Source: Malacoraja senta (taxonomy: Eukaryota). From it: a DNA stretch of 64,000 nt. Of this stretch, positions 24,822 to 36,959 are shown one piece after another (the first letter of the stretch is position 1; the number at the start of each line of letters is the position of its first letter). A program made the position numbers and the translations under genes. The notes below the pieces were generated by a model. That model did not search any database. It saw only the letters and a program-made list of their open reading frames with translations, and had not been told where the DNA came from. The DNA is taken from assembly GCA_038087875.1 (NCBI GenBank), contig CM075987.1:19966001-20030000 (forward strand), written 5' to 3'.

Positions 24822-27656
24822 GTAAGTTTATCAATCGTCAAAGAGTTTTAACGTGATTAATTCAAGCTATTTAATCTCTAGTTTAAATCTGGTACTTAAA
24901 CAAGCATTAATTTCAGTAGAGGGTTTATACCAATATACCAGTATTTTCCTATTTCCATCTGTGAGGTACAGTGCTTTTCTGTGCAAGTAAACTGTAGTGC
25001 TTTTTTTAATGCCAGAATAATTTATACCACATTCAAAAAAAGATTGTGACTAAGTTTATTTCATATATATAATGCCATTTAGCAAACATAATTTCTGAAT
25101 TTAATTCCTTTGAAAATTAGTTACAACCTTGATAGATGTATCAAAATGAGAGTTCTTATTTTTCTGAATTCCGTTAGATTTAAATCTTTCCAATCTGAAT
25201 CGATGTACAAAATAGATTCTTTTTTTTTAAAGTGTTTGAATCAAAGTGTTGATGGTGCTAGTTTTGAAGAGATAAACACTGAGATTTTTCTGACATGATG
25301 AGGCAGATGCTGCTCATCCCTCAAAAGCTATAAAGAGTCAGGATGGCAATCAGGCAAGATCTTCACAAGCTTAGAATTACAGGAATTAGAAATTTTAAAT
25401 GTGAGGTATGAATATAACACAACAGACTGCATACTGGGCTTTAGTTGTACACATACCCCATTGCACCAGGAACTACAAGTACAGAAGTCTTACAGCTAAG
25501 TTATGAAGTTGATAAGATAGATTTTGTTTTCATGCAGTACTGTAGAATGTGTTCAGCAAAGCAGGAGCCTGGTTTATATTTTAATTAGTACTTGGTTTTA
25601 TGCTGTTGCACAATGTCATTCATATTTTTATTCTTAATATGGACGTAAGAGGGTGCCAACTTGGTGCTGGTGATGGTAGTGATCACTAGCTATGCCATTT
25701 TACTTCCCAACGTTAGTTGTGATGGAAAGCTAGAGGTGTCACCCTTCTTTGAATATTGAAGGGCTTGGAGTGATAGTGGTGTTAGGTGCAAAATCAGTGT
25801 AAATAGAGGAGCAATAATAAGCCATACCTACTTATACATATACCACATATATTCAGACTATGTAAAAATATTAAGAATTCAGATTGTCAGATAAGGAAAC
25901 CATCATCGTTTATCAGTAAAGGAGCAGCTTTTAGGAATGAATGTCACATGGACTCATTTTTCTGTTTAGAACCTCTGACTGTTATCCAAATCATAAATGA
26001 CCTGTCACGATTATTTCTCCATAAGTCATGCTCTTTTAAGTAAGTTTTGATCTTGATAAATTGATTGACTTTGCATTTTTCATTTGGAGTTGCCAACTTT
26101 ATTTTTCTCAGCAAAAAATGTTCCATGAATTCTTTTGTTGTAGTAACTTCATGCCCAATGTCAATATTTTATATATCCTGAAAATAACCTGAAAGTTACT
26201 AACATTTGAGAATAACATGTATCAGGAATATCATGTATAGAGAACAAAAAGGATTTTAACATTCAGTCCAGCACTTGGTCCTGTGGGTAATGGAAGTCTG
26301 CCTTATCATTGTCATTTCATGAGGGATTGTTTTCTTAGCACTATGTGATGGCACAAGAAATATTAAGGCAAGCATTGGGCAAAGCTAATACCAGAAGGCA
26401 AGTTATTATTTCAAGATTAATTGTTTTTGTAAGTGTGCTGTCATTATTTTACTACATATAGTTCCAATGGGAATATATGTAAAGCATTTATGAGTCAATT
26501 TGAAACATTGGAACCTCAGCAAAGAAAATAAAAAGTACTGAAATTATTTTAATCCTACTGCTTCAGGAATTTTATATAGTGGGTGACTGAACAATTAGGT
26601 CAGATACATGCCTTTAATTCCAATAAGCATCCTTATTATAAGAAGTTCTGCAGGAGAGCTAAAGATTAAAATTAGCCGCTAGCCTTAAATTAATTGATTT
26701 AAAATGTATTTAAAATCCACCGCACTACTTCAGAGGGATGGCATGTAATCCATGCAGTGAATTGTTCCAATTTTGCCACAAATGTTTTAATATACTGAAT
26801 GCAAAAGGAGCAGTTGTTTGTCCTTTTCACCATATTGTCCAATCTGCCAAATCAGAATAGTATAAATTTACTTTAAAAGGAGATTAGTTGGACCAAAATC
26901 CAACGAGTAAAGGGAATATATCTAGTCTTTGTAAATTGAAAGACATTTTATTATTGTTGCCAGCACCATGTAATTCAAGATGTTGGTTTGGTACTTTATG
27001 TTCTTTTCAAAATAGCTTGCACAGCATTCTCAAAGAATATGTACAATATGATTTAAATATACAGTCAGAGGACTGGTTTGCACTGTCCATAGTCCGATGG
27101 TGTTGACACATTATTTGCATTCAATGCACTGTAGAATATGAAGTTACCTCCATGTTGACAAAACATAGATTCAGATAGGATTTCTCCATCCATTGTTAAT
27201 AAATTATGGCTAATATGGCGAACCCCATTAGCCCTGCACCACTCTGTGAATCAAACAGGTTTATTAATAATGCTACATTTCCAGACATGTATCTGATGTT
27301 ATTGCTCCAGTTTCATATCGATGGTATAATTTCACTCAGAAACAACTAACGATAATATTAATCCACTCCCTCTTGACTCTTGATTTGACTCTTGACTCCA
27401 TTCAGTAACAAGTAAAAGATTTCTTCTAAATTTTGGTCAGGTTTGAGGACTATAAATCTATTTATAAATGTACCCTCTGGTGATGTGCTTCATTTCCAGG
27501 CACAAAATTATTTGAATTGTATTTTCTGGTCGCAAATATAGATACTACTGTATATTGGTAAATAGTTTTGTGCAGTTAATGATTATGGAGGCAGGGTGAT
27601 TAATGATAATTACATTTCTCTGAATCAGTCAATCTGTTTTTTAAATTTCACTACAG

Positions 27657-27710
27657 GGTAATCCAGGATTACAGGGTTTGCCTGGAATGAGGGGGAAAAT
27701 TGGAATAGCT
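27657..27710 (+). CDS. col27a1: Collagen exon 6 (54 bp): GNPGLQGLPGMRGKIGIA
   Basis: ctacag|GGT...GCT|gtgagt; six triplets. Confidence 0.92.
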
Positions 27711-28825
27711 GTGAGTATTTGATTCTTTCTCAGTTTGGCAATTTAGATATACATATTCCTTATTGGTGATGTTTACTGCAGATATTCAAAAATCTATCAT
27801 TCATTTGGTGTAACATATATATTTCAGGTTCAGAAATTTATATTAAAAAATTGCATATCCTACAATCTTAGATATGAATGTTTGACGAAACTACAATAAA
27901 TTTCTATTTGTGCTGATTTGAAGATTCAAATCAAAATAGTCAGGAGCTCCAAAATTCATCAACACAACACTCATGTTGTATGCATTGCACAGACAGAAAA
28001 TAACAGTACTGCAACATTTAGTGGTTTTCCATAAATATCTCAGAGTTAATGACACCCATTCATATTGTTTGGACTTTGTGCTTCAAAGAACTTTTGTACT
28101 GTATTGTTGCTCTCCTGGCATCTGGCCTGCCCAAATGACACAATGGTGGTATAACACCCAAATTTCATTGGCAGCTACAATTTTGATCTGCACGCTAACT
28201 TGTATACATACTCAAATAGAAAACAGCTTTTTAATTCATCCTCAAGCTCCATGGCAGTACTTTTCAGAGAAACACGACAAATAATGGACAGCAAGAGAAT
28301 GTTTGGTCACAATGAGCAAAATTCAAATGTCTTGATCGAGATGCATTTCTTCTGAGATCATACACAGAGTGATGCGGAACCCTCTGGATTACAAACCTTA
28401 AGTAAACTGATCCTAATTGAGATCCTGTTCACCAGAGAGACCAGCAGGTTGTTTCTATGGGTCCCTTCTTAAAACACAGTGGCCAGGAGAAATCTTGGAA
28501 ATGAAATTATTCCACTTACTTTGAGTCAGTTTAGCCAGAGAGAGAGGGACATCAGTTTATATAATCCAACTAGATTTGATGAGAGAGATTGTAGGATCAG
28601 ATGGTCCATCGACATATGGTGCAGGTGCTGTGAGTCCAGTAACGAACTGACCCAAAACATCACCCATTCCTTTTCTCCGGAGATGCTGCTTGTCCCGTTG
28701 AGTTACTCCAGCTTTTGTGTCTATCTCCAGTCATTGGTGTAGCTTTGTTGCAGACATCTCAGCCCTGACCCGCTATGCTGCTTGTCCCAACCCATCCAGA
28801 TGTTTTTCTGTACAGTAGAGGGGGT

Positions 28826-30320
28826 CATAAGGTCATACGGTCATGATAGGTGTAGAATTAGGCCATTCGGCCCAACAAGTCTACTCCACTATTCAATCAA
28901 GGCTGATCTATCTCTACCTCCTAGCCCCATTCTCCTGCCTTCTCCCCATAACCTCTGACACTTGCAAGAATCTATCTCTGCTTTAAAAATATCCACTGAC
29001 ATGACCTCCACAACCTTCTGTGGCAAAGAATTCCACAGATTCACCACCCTTTGACTGAAGAAATCTCTCCTCATCTCCTTCCTAAAAGAACATCTTTAAT
29101 TCTGAAGCTATGATCTCTAGTCCTAGACTCTCCCACTCGTGGAACCATCCTCTCCACATCCACTCTATCCAAGCCTTTCACTATTCTGTATGTTTCAATG
29201 AGGTCCCCACTCATTCTTCTAAACTCCAGCGAGTACAGGCTCAGTGCCGATAAACGCTCATCATAGGTTAGCCTACTCATTCCTGGGATCATTCTTGTAA
29301 ACCTCTTCTGTACCCTCTCCAGAGGCAGCACATTTTTCCTCAGATATGGTGCCCAAAATTGCTCACAATAATCCAAATGCGGCCATATCTATGCCTTATA
29401 GCGCCTCAGCATTACGTCCCTGTTTTTGTATACAAGCCCTCTTGAAATAAATGCTAGCATTGAGTTTGCTTTCTTTACTACTGATTTGACTTGCAGATTA
29501 TTTTTGGGGGAATCCTGTACCAGTACTCCCAAGTCCCTTTGCACCTGCGATTTCTGGATTCTCTCCCCATTTAGAAAATAGTCTACGCCTTTATTCCTAC
29601 TACCAAAATGCATGACCACACTTTGCTACACTATATTCCATCTGCCACTTCTCTGCCCACTCTCCCAACCTGTCCAAGTCCTTCTGCAAAGTCCCTGCTT
29701 TCGCTACACTACCTGCCCTTCCACCTATTTTCGCACCTTCCGCAAACTTGGCCACAAAGGCTTCAATCCCCTCGTCCAAATCATTAATATACAACGTGAA
29801 GAGTAGGGGCCCCAGCACCGACCCCTGCGGAACTCAGCTAGTCACAGGCAAGCAACCATCTGCCATCCAGTCAACCTGCTATCCATGCTAATATCTACTC
29901 TTTGATATTCATCTTCCTGAGTAGCCTCACGTGTGGTACCTTATCAAAGACTTTCTGAAAATCTGAGTAAACAACATCTACTGACTCTCCTTTGTCTGTC
30001 CTGCTGTTTACTTCTTCAAAGAATTCCAGCAAATTAGTCAAGCAAGACCTCCCCTTCACAAAGCCATGTTGACGTTGGCCTATTTTATCGTGAACTTCTA
30101 AGTACTCCGTAACCTCATCCTTTATAATGGACTCTAAAATCTTACCATCCACCGAAGTCAGACTAACCGCCCTATAGTTCCCACTATTCTGATTTGCTCC
30201 CTTCTTGTGCAGCGTGGTAATATTTGCAATTTTCCTTTCATCTGGGACCTCTCCTGTCTCTAGTGATTCTTGAAATATCACTGTCAGTGCTTCCACAATC
30301 TATAAAGCCACCTCTTTCAG
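28826..30320 (-). mobile_element. CR1 LINE, RT region to 3' end, frameshifted with an internal deletion
   Basis: ORF pieces NYRAVSLTS, QHGFVKGRSCLTNL, DFQKVFDKVPH, LGPLLFTLYINDL, KFAEG (decayed FADD), FFSQRVVNLWNSLP. Confidence 0.9.
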
Positions 30321-31135
30321 GTGGACTAAAGATCCAAGAGTGAATGTATTAATTCTTCAAGGCACTCCAAGCAGAGTTATATTCAAGTTGTATGTATATA
30401 CTTTGTTAATTAAAATACATTAATCTTTACACTGGAATTGTTCATAATGAGCACGCAGACAGAAATTGTCCTGACTATGTGTCAGGTATTTGTCTCATGA
30501 ATGTAAAGATCAATTGTAACATATCGTCATCCCGTAATTAAAACCGATCCTTCACAAAATTCATTGCTGCACTATAATCTCTATACATTTAAAAGTCTAT
30601 TGTACTCAGTGCAAACCCACTATTGTTGATGCCAGTGGACAAATGGGCTTGTAAATGGCCCAAATTTTCCAGTTGCTTTGACGATGCAGCTATTACCATT
30701 TGCTGCCATCACACCTTGGAATTGACAGTAACTTCAGGATTTCTGTGTGTGCATAGTTTACCTGTAAATCCTGCAGTTGGAGTCAGCGATTCAGCCATCT
30801 TTATAAACTATACTGTTTGCAGCCTTTTCCAACTGAACAAAAAGTAAATCAGTTGAGCAGCTGTGAGGTTAAAATTCATAACAACTACTTTTGCTGTAAA
30901 ATATCTTAAAATTACATTATATAAAAACAGAAAATACTGTAAATACTCAACAGGCCAAGCAGCATCTGTGGAAAGAGAAACAGTAATGCTTCAATAACCC
31001 ATTGTCATACTTAAAAATAGAAAGCAACAAAAGCAAGGAAATTGTCATAGCACTTCACAAATCAACGGTCAGCTTTCAGCTGGAATATTGCATATTGATA
31101 GACTTCTTTAATTTGTTACTTGCATTCGTTTTCAG

Positions 31136-31189
31136 GGAATAATTGGTGATAACGGTCCAGTTGGAATACCAGGACCCCCTGGCCTTGAG
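31136..31189 (+). CDS. col27a1: Collagen exon 7 (54 bp): GIIGDNGPVGIPGPPGLE
   Basis: tttcag|GGA...GAG|gtaggt; six triplets. Confidence 0.92.
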
Positions 31190-31769
31190 GTAGGTATAAA
31201 GTTATATTAATAATGATTGCAAATAAAACTTACGTTTATGCTGACACCACACTGCTTAAAATCATCATCCTTTCCCTTGATCTCTATTTTTATTGCTTCT
31301 GCATTTGTAGATTGCATTTTTCTAGGACCAGCACACATATCAATAAATGAAATCCACACAATATAATATTGCCATAATGTTGTATAATAACCAGTAATTG
31401 TAATCACATTGAACCTTCATTCAATCAGGACAAATTATGGAAAATATTCAAGTTCACAATTAAGTCATAAACAGTGTGCATGCATGTGGGTTTTTTCAAG
31501 GCAAATTATTTTTTAAAAATGCTTAAAATAAACATTGTGTATGAACTGGAAGCTGCCAGTACACATGTTCTCAATATGGAAATCAAATGGCGAGTTATTG
31601 TCCTCGATTATTAAGTTGGGGAGGAGGAAAAGTACACATAAGCTCCAGATTGAAAGCCACAACATTTTGATGGGAAGAACTAAAAGCAAATTGATGCTCA
31701 AAAAAATATTTTGTACCAGTCATTAGATATAAAATATTTACAGTTAAACTAATGTAGGGAAAGGCAGTT

Positions 31770-33050
31770 GAGCGACATGAAGGGCAGGGTTGAAGAATGT
31801 CAGTATCAGGACCAATAATAATTTTACATACCTGCACAAATTAAATATCAAGGAACTTGGGATGCAACAGTATTTGCAAAATGTTAATCAGTGGAGATGT
31901 GATACTAGGAAAGTAGGGAAAGTGAATGGTGTGGAAGATCAAGGGGATCTTGGAATGTATATGTGCAGATACTTAAATACATCCAATTAAAAATGCGACA
32001 GAATACAAAAAAAGGCAGTGAAGCTATAGAATTTGAAAACATCGAGGCAATCAGGTGGTCAATGCTGTTTTCTGTAAGGAATTTCATATTTGACCAATTT
32101 ATTGAAGTTCTTTTCATGTATAACTTTGAATTCCTTGAATTTGTACAAAGGATAAAAAGGGAACCAGTGGGCGAATTAAGATCTACACAGATTAAGATCC
32201 AGAAAGAATATGATCAAGTGCCTCATTCAAAGGTTATTGTGGAAAATACAAACTTATGGTGTCAGAGATAATGTGTGGCATTATAGAAAATTGATTGGTT
32301 AAAATGAAATGGAGAATAAGAATAAAAATGTATTTTCCTGTTTAGCAAAATGTATTGAATGATGCGTCACTGGGACTGGGGCCACAAATTATGCAAATAT
32401 ACATAGCTTTTATAAATGACTTACAGTAGATGAGAGCTCCAAAGATTTGATTGCTAAGTAGGTTGATGTCACAAAGATGGGCTAGAAAGTAAGTCATTTG
32501 GACTTGAAGGGTTCAGGATGGCGCCTAAAGAGTCGTGACATGTGTAATAACTCAGTGTGGTTTACTATCTTACACTTTTAAGGAAGGATGCAAACATGGT
32601 AGAGGCAGTTCAGAGAAGGTTTACTAGACTGATACTGAACTGGATGGTTTATCTTCTGAGGAAAAGTTGGACATGAGTGGTTTAATCCTGAAGTTGGAAA
32701 GAGTGAGAACTAATCAGCTGGAAGTAAATATAATCCTGGGGCCATTTGACGAGGTGGATGTGGCGAGGATGTTTCCTTTTGCGGGATAATCTAGGATCTT
32801 GGATTAATGTTAAAAAATTGCGGGGAAGGGGTGGGTGATCCATTTAAGGCAGAGTTAAAGTGAATATTTTTCTCCCAATACATTGTAAGTTTGTGACTTT
32901 CTTCCCCAAAGGCTGGTGGAGTTAAAAGTTATTGATCAATAGGTGGAAAAATAAAATTGTGGTTGTAATCAGATGAATCATGATCCTGTTAAATATTGTA
33001 GAAGATTCCAGGGCCAAGTGGCCCACTCCTACTCCTGATTCACGTAATTA
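31770..33050 (+). mobile_element. Old, heavily decayed CR1 fragments
   Basis: Remnants of DFQKAFDKVPH (~32195), VQRRFTRLIP (~32605) and a 3' UTR (~32960-33040). Boundaries approximate. Confidence 0.6.
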
Positions 33051-33184
33051 TTTATATCGCTGATTAAATCTCAGTTTAAGTAGTGCCTAGAGTTTTGGTC
33101 ACCACGTTATAGGAACGTTTTGTTTTCATTGGAGAGAGTTGTGAGGAAATTAATATTTTTAGTTGCCATGATTGTGAAAAAATG

Positions 33185-34120
33185 TTGGGGCGGAAATCGC
33201 TATCAAAACATGGGGGGGTCACAATTTCTTGGCGGCCGCCCGCTCATGCGCGCACACACACACACGCGCACATGCACGCACACACATGCGAGGCTTCGGA
33301 GGCTTCAGCCGTGGGCCCTGTGGACGGTAACATCAGGAGCTGACCTGGTTGGTGACCGACTCTGAACTCCAGCAGCAGCAGCTTCATCCGCCCCGAATCG
33401 TGGGGCTTGAATCGTCCCGTTCGCGGGGCCTTTCTTCGCCCGGCGCGGCTTAAAATCGGCCGGCGGGGGCTTCAACATCGGGAGCCTCGATCGCCTCAAT
33501 GCAGCAGTTTGATTTTAAGCCGCGCCGGGCGATGAAAGGCCCCGCGAACGGGCCGATTCAGCCTTTAGAAAGCGTCTGATACCCACTTTAATTTTTCAAA
33601 GCTACAATGTGGTAAATAACACAAACAAATAAAACTGAAGCAAATAAAGGCAGACAGAAGAACCAACCTTGGGGGGGGGAGAGAGAGAGAGAGATGGGAT
33701 AAAAAATACTAAATAACGTGAGTGACCTGAATGAGGGACTTACCTGCAAGCCAGCCAGGAAACCCACTTGACAGGATTCCCTAATGACCTGACCCGTTTA
33801 AATCCGATACCCGTTTAAACCTTTCCCATCCACCAATACATCCAATTAGTTCAAATGGTAATTGTACCCACATCAGACAGCTTTGGAAGGTCAAAACACA
33901 ATTGGTGACACATCGTGTTAATACGGTGTTAATAGAGACATTTAACAAGCGCTTAACAGTGACGCTCCCACTCTCGCGGAAAGCGGAGATTTTAATAGTT
34001 TCTTTTTCACCGAATTTCAAAATCCGGATTACAAAACATGGGGGGGATTGTCCCCCACCTCTCAAAACATGAGGGGGACGTGTCCCCTATCTCGTCACCC
34101 TGCCAAGATTTCTGCTCATG
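33185..34120. mobile_element. GC-rich non-autonomous DNA transposon (hAT-like) inserted in an old CR1
   Basis: Imperfect TIRs GGGCGGAAATC / GATTTCTGCTC; CAAAACATGGGGGG subterminal repeats; CR1 sequence at 33085-33180 resumes at 34121-34500. Confidence 0.6.
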
Positions 34121-36185
34121 GAAAATTTTAACTGTGAGAAAAGATTGAATCGGCTGGGGATATTTGCTTTGAAGTGACAGAGAGAAGATTTGACTGAGGT
34201 AAATAAAATGATCAGGTACCTTTGTGAAATGGGAAAAATCCACTTCCCTCAGCACAGGGGGCAAAACCAGAGACAAAGATTTATGGAAGGATTTGCCAGA
34301 GATGAGGGATAAAAAGATCACTTGGAGTGAGAGGTTTGAAACTCCCAAAAGGGTGATAGAGGCAAACAAACTCATCCCATTTAAAAACCACTTGGATGTA
34401 CTTGAAGAGGCGTGACTTGAGGATTAGGTTGGTAACTCTTTTTTGACAAGTACAAATATGATGGGCCAAATGGCTTTTCTTTGATTTGTAGTTTTTTAAA
34501 ATCATTTTATGTCACTTCCACATCATATCAGTGTCATGAAAAGGTGTCGCTGGTGTTGTCATAACACAACTTTGTGACACACAAACTGTCTATGTGAATT
34601 TGGATTCACACAGTACTTTACATAATGAAAATGACAGATTATTTAACACCTTTAATGTAATAAAATATCACAATGTATTGTGTAGGAGCTTTATCAGATA
34701 AAATCTGATTCTGAGCCACATAGTGATACTCAAGAGAGGGACCAATGGTCAAGAGCTTGATCAAATGATTGGGTTTGTAGCGTGTTTTAAAGAAGGAGAG
34801 AGGGACCGTGAGGTTGAGAGTTTTAGAAAGGAAGTTCAACTATTTAATCAACTGAAGGCATTAGCGCTGATAGTGAAGTGAAAAAAGAGGGCGCACAAGA
34901 GGTCAGAAATGATGAGTGCCGAATTCTTGGAAGACTATTGTCTTCCAAGACTGTTGGGGGTTGCAGGGATTGAAGCAGAGCCAGGCCATAGAGGGATTTA
35001 AATACTAGAATGAGAAATTTAGAATCCAGGCAATGTTGGACCAGGAGCATTTGTAGAATAATAATAGAATTATGAAAGCCTGACATTTCCGTATTCTAAA
35101 TAAAATTAGGTCAGGTTTTGTTCCATCTTGGTCTGTTTGATGTTTATGTTGGATATGGACTAACAACAGCTGTTTCCAATACTGTGCGCCTCTTGTTCTC
35201 TACTGAGCCATTGTTTCTATTAGCAACGATACAAGAATCCTTGTCTCCCATTTAGAAACAGTTTTTACACAAAAAGATCAATAAAAGGTGATTGTATTCA
35301 CGGACCCACTAAATTGAAAAGCCAGCATGAGCATTTTCTTTCCACTTTAAAATGCGATGCAAATATATATGAAAAAGCTGACGCAAAAAAAAAGAATTAT
35401 ATTTTAAATTCACTGATTGAGGTTCTGCTTTGCTTTCCCCAGTTTCCAATGTTTCATTATATAAGTATGTAAATATTTGTACTTTACATATATTAGATTG
35501 CAGCAACAGTGACGCAGATACAGCTCCATCCAGTCAGCCCCCCACCCCACCCCACCCTTGTGTGATCCTTAGAGCTGCACTATCCTTTCACTTCCCCACA
35601 TATCCAACAGACCTAGAGGCTTTGCTGCCATGAGGTTATCACTGTGTCTCATGCAAAGGATTGAGAGACGCAATCTGTTTTGTTTTAATTCTTTTTCTAA
35701 ATGTCTGAAAATCAGAGACATTTATAAATAGCTTAAACATATTTACATGTTTTTAAAAATTCAATAAAAAATAATAATAGAGTACATGATTGCAATAAGT
35801 GGAATAGATTTAAGATCTAAATTTCAATGAGGTAGATTATAAATACCCCAGAAGCTATGCATCTGGATCCTAGTTACACAATAATGTTCAGAAACCAGGT
35901 AAGAACCAGCTCTCCACTGGAAATTCTTAAATTGCTGTGAATATATTATGAAGGTGTTCTTTTAAAAAAAACGGAATTATTGAGATAAATTTAATGATTT
36001 ATGTCTGTTATATGCAACTAACGCCTTTGTTTTGAGCTTTAAATTTACCTTATCTATTTGTTCTTCCTAATTGGGCATTTGATAGTTACTGATTCTATGT
36101 CGAGTTGTGTGATGATTCAGGATTTTTAGTATAAATTTGCCAATTCTAAGCATATCAAGTATATCCATATGTGTAGAAGAGGTTA

Positions 36186-36959
36186 GTGCCATACTCCTCC
36201 AACATTTCGCCACCTCCAACGGGATCCCACTACTGGCCACGTCTTCCTATCGCCACCCCTTTCTGCTTTCCACAGAGACCGTTCCCTCCAAAACTCCCTG
36301 GTCAACTCGTCCCTTCCCACCCAAACCACTCCTTCCCCAGGTACTTTCCCCTGCAACCACAAGAGATGCACACTTATCCCATTACCTCTCCCCTCGACTC
36401 CATCCGAGGAGCCAAACAGTCTTTACATGTGAGACAGAGGTTCACTTGCACCTCCTCCAACCTCATCTACTGTATCCGCTGTTCCAGGTGCCAACTTCTC
36501 TACATCGGTGATCATTTCGCTGAACACCTCCGCTCAGTCCATCTTGACCTACCTGATCTCCCGGTGGCTCAGCACTTCGACTCCCCCTCCCATTTCTGTC
36601 CTGGGCCTCCTACATTGTCAGAGTGAGGCCCAGCGCAAATTGGAGGAACAGCATCTCCTATTTTGCTTGGGTAGTTTTCATCCCATTGGTATGAACATTT
36701 ACAGTACTTCGCTAACTTCAGATAGCCCTGGCTTTCCCTCTCTATCCCCTCCCCCTCCCAGTTCTCCCACTAGTCTTACTGTCTCAGACTATATTATATT
36801 TTTGTCCCGCCCCCTCCCCTGACATCAGTCTGAAGAAGGGTCTCCACCCGAAACATCGCCCATTCCTTCTCTCCAGAGATGCTGTCAGACCCGCTGAATT
36901 ATTCCAACATTTTGTGTCTACCTTCGATTTAAACCAGCATCTGCAGTTCTTTCCTACAC
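36186..36959 (+). mobile_element. Penelope-like element (Neptune-type) 3' fragment: linker Zn-finger, GIY-YIG endonuclease, terminal repeat
   Basis: NLIYCIRCSRCQLLYIG..FAEHL..PVAQHF (GIY-YIG with CCHH); preceded by a decayed C-x4-C-x2-C linker; ends in the repeat that carries the hammerhead motif. Confidence 0.88.
36830..36857 (+). ncRNA. Hammerhead core motif in the Penelope terminal repeat
   Basis: CTGAAGA-a-GGGT ctcc ACCC-GAAA-c-ATC; both core boxes and stem II intact; stem I weak and stem III mutated. Confidence 0.45.
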
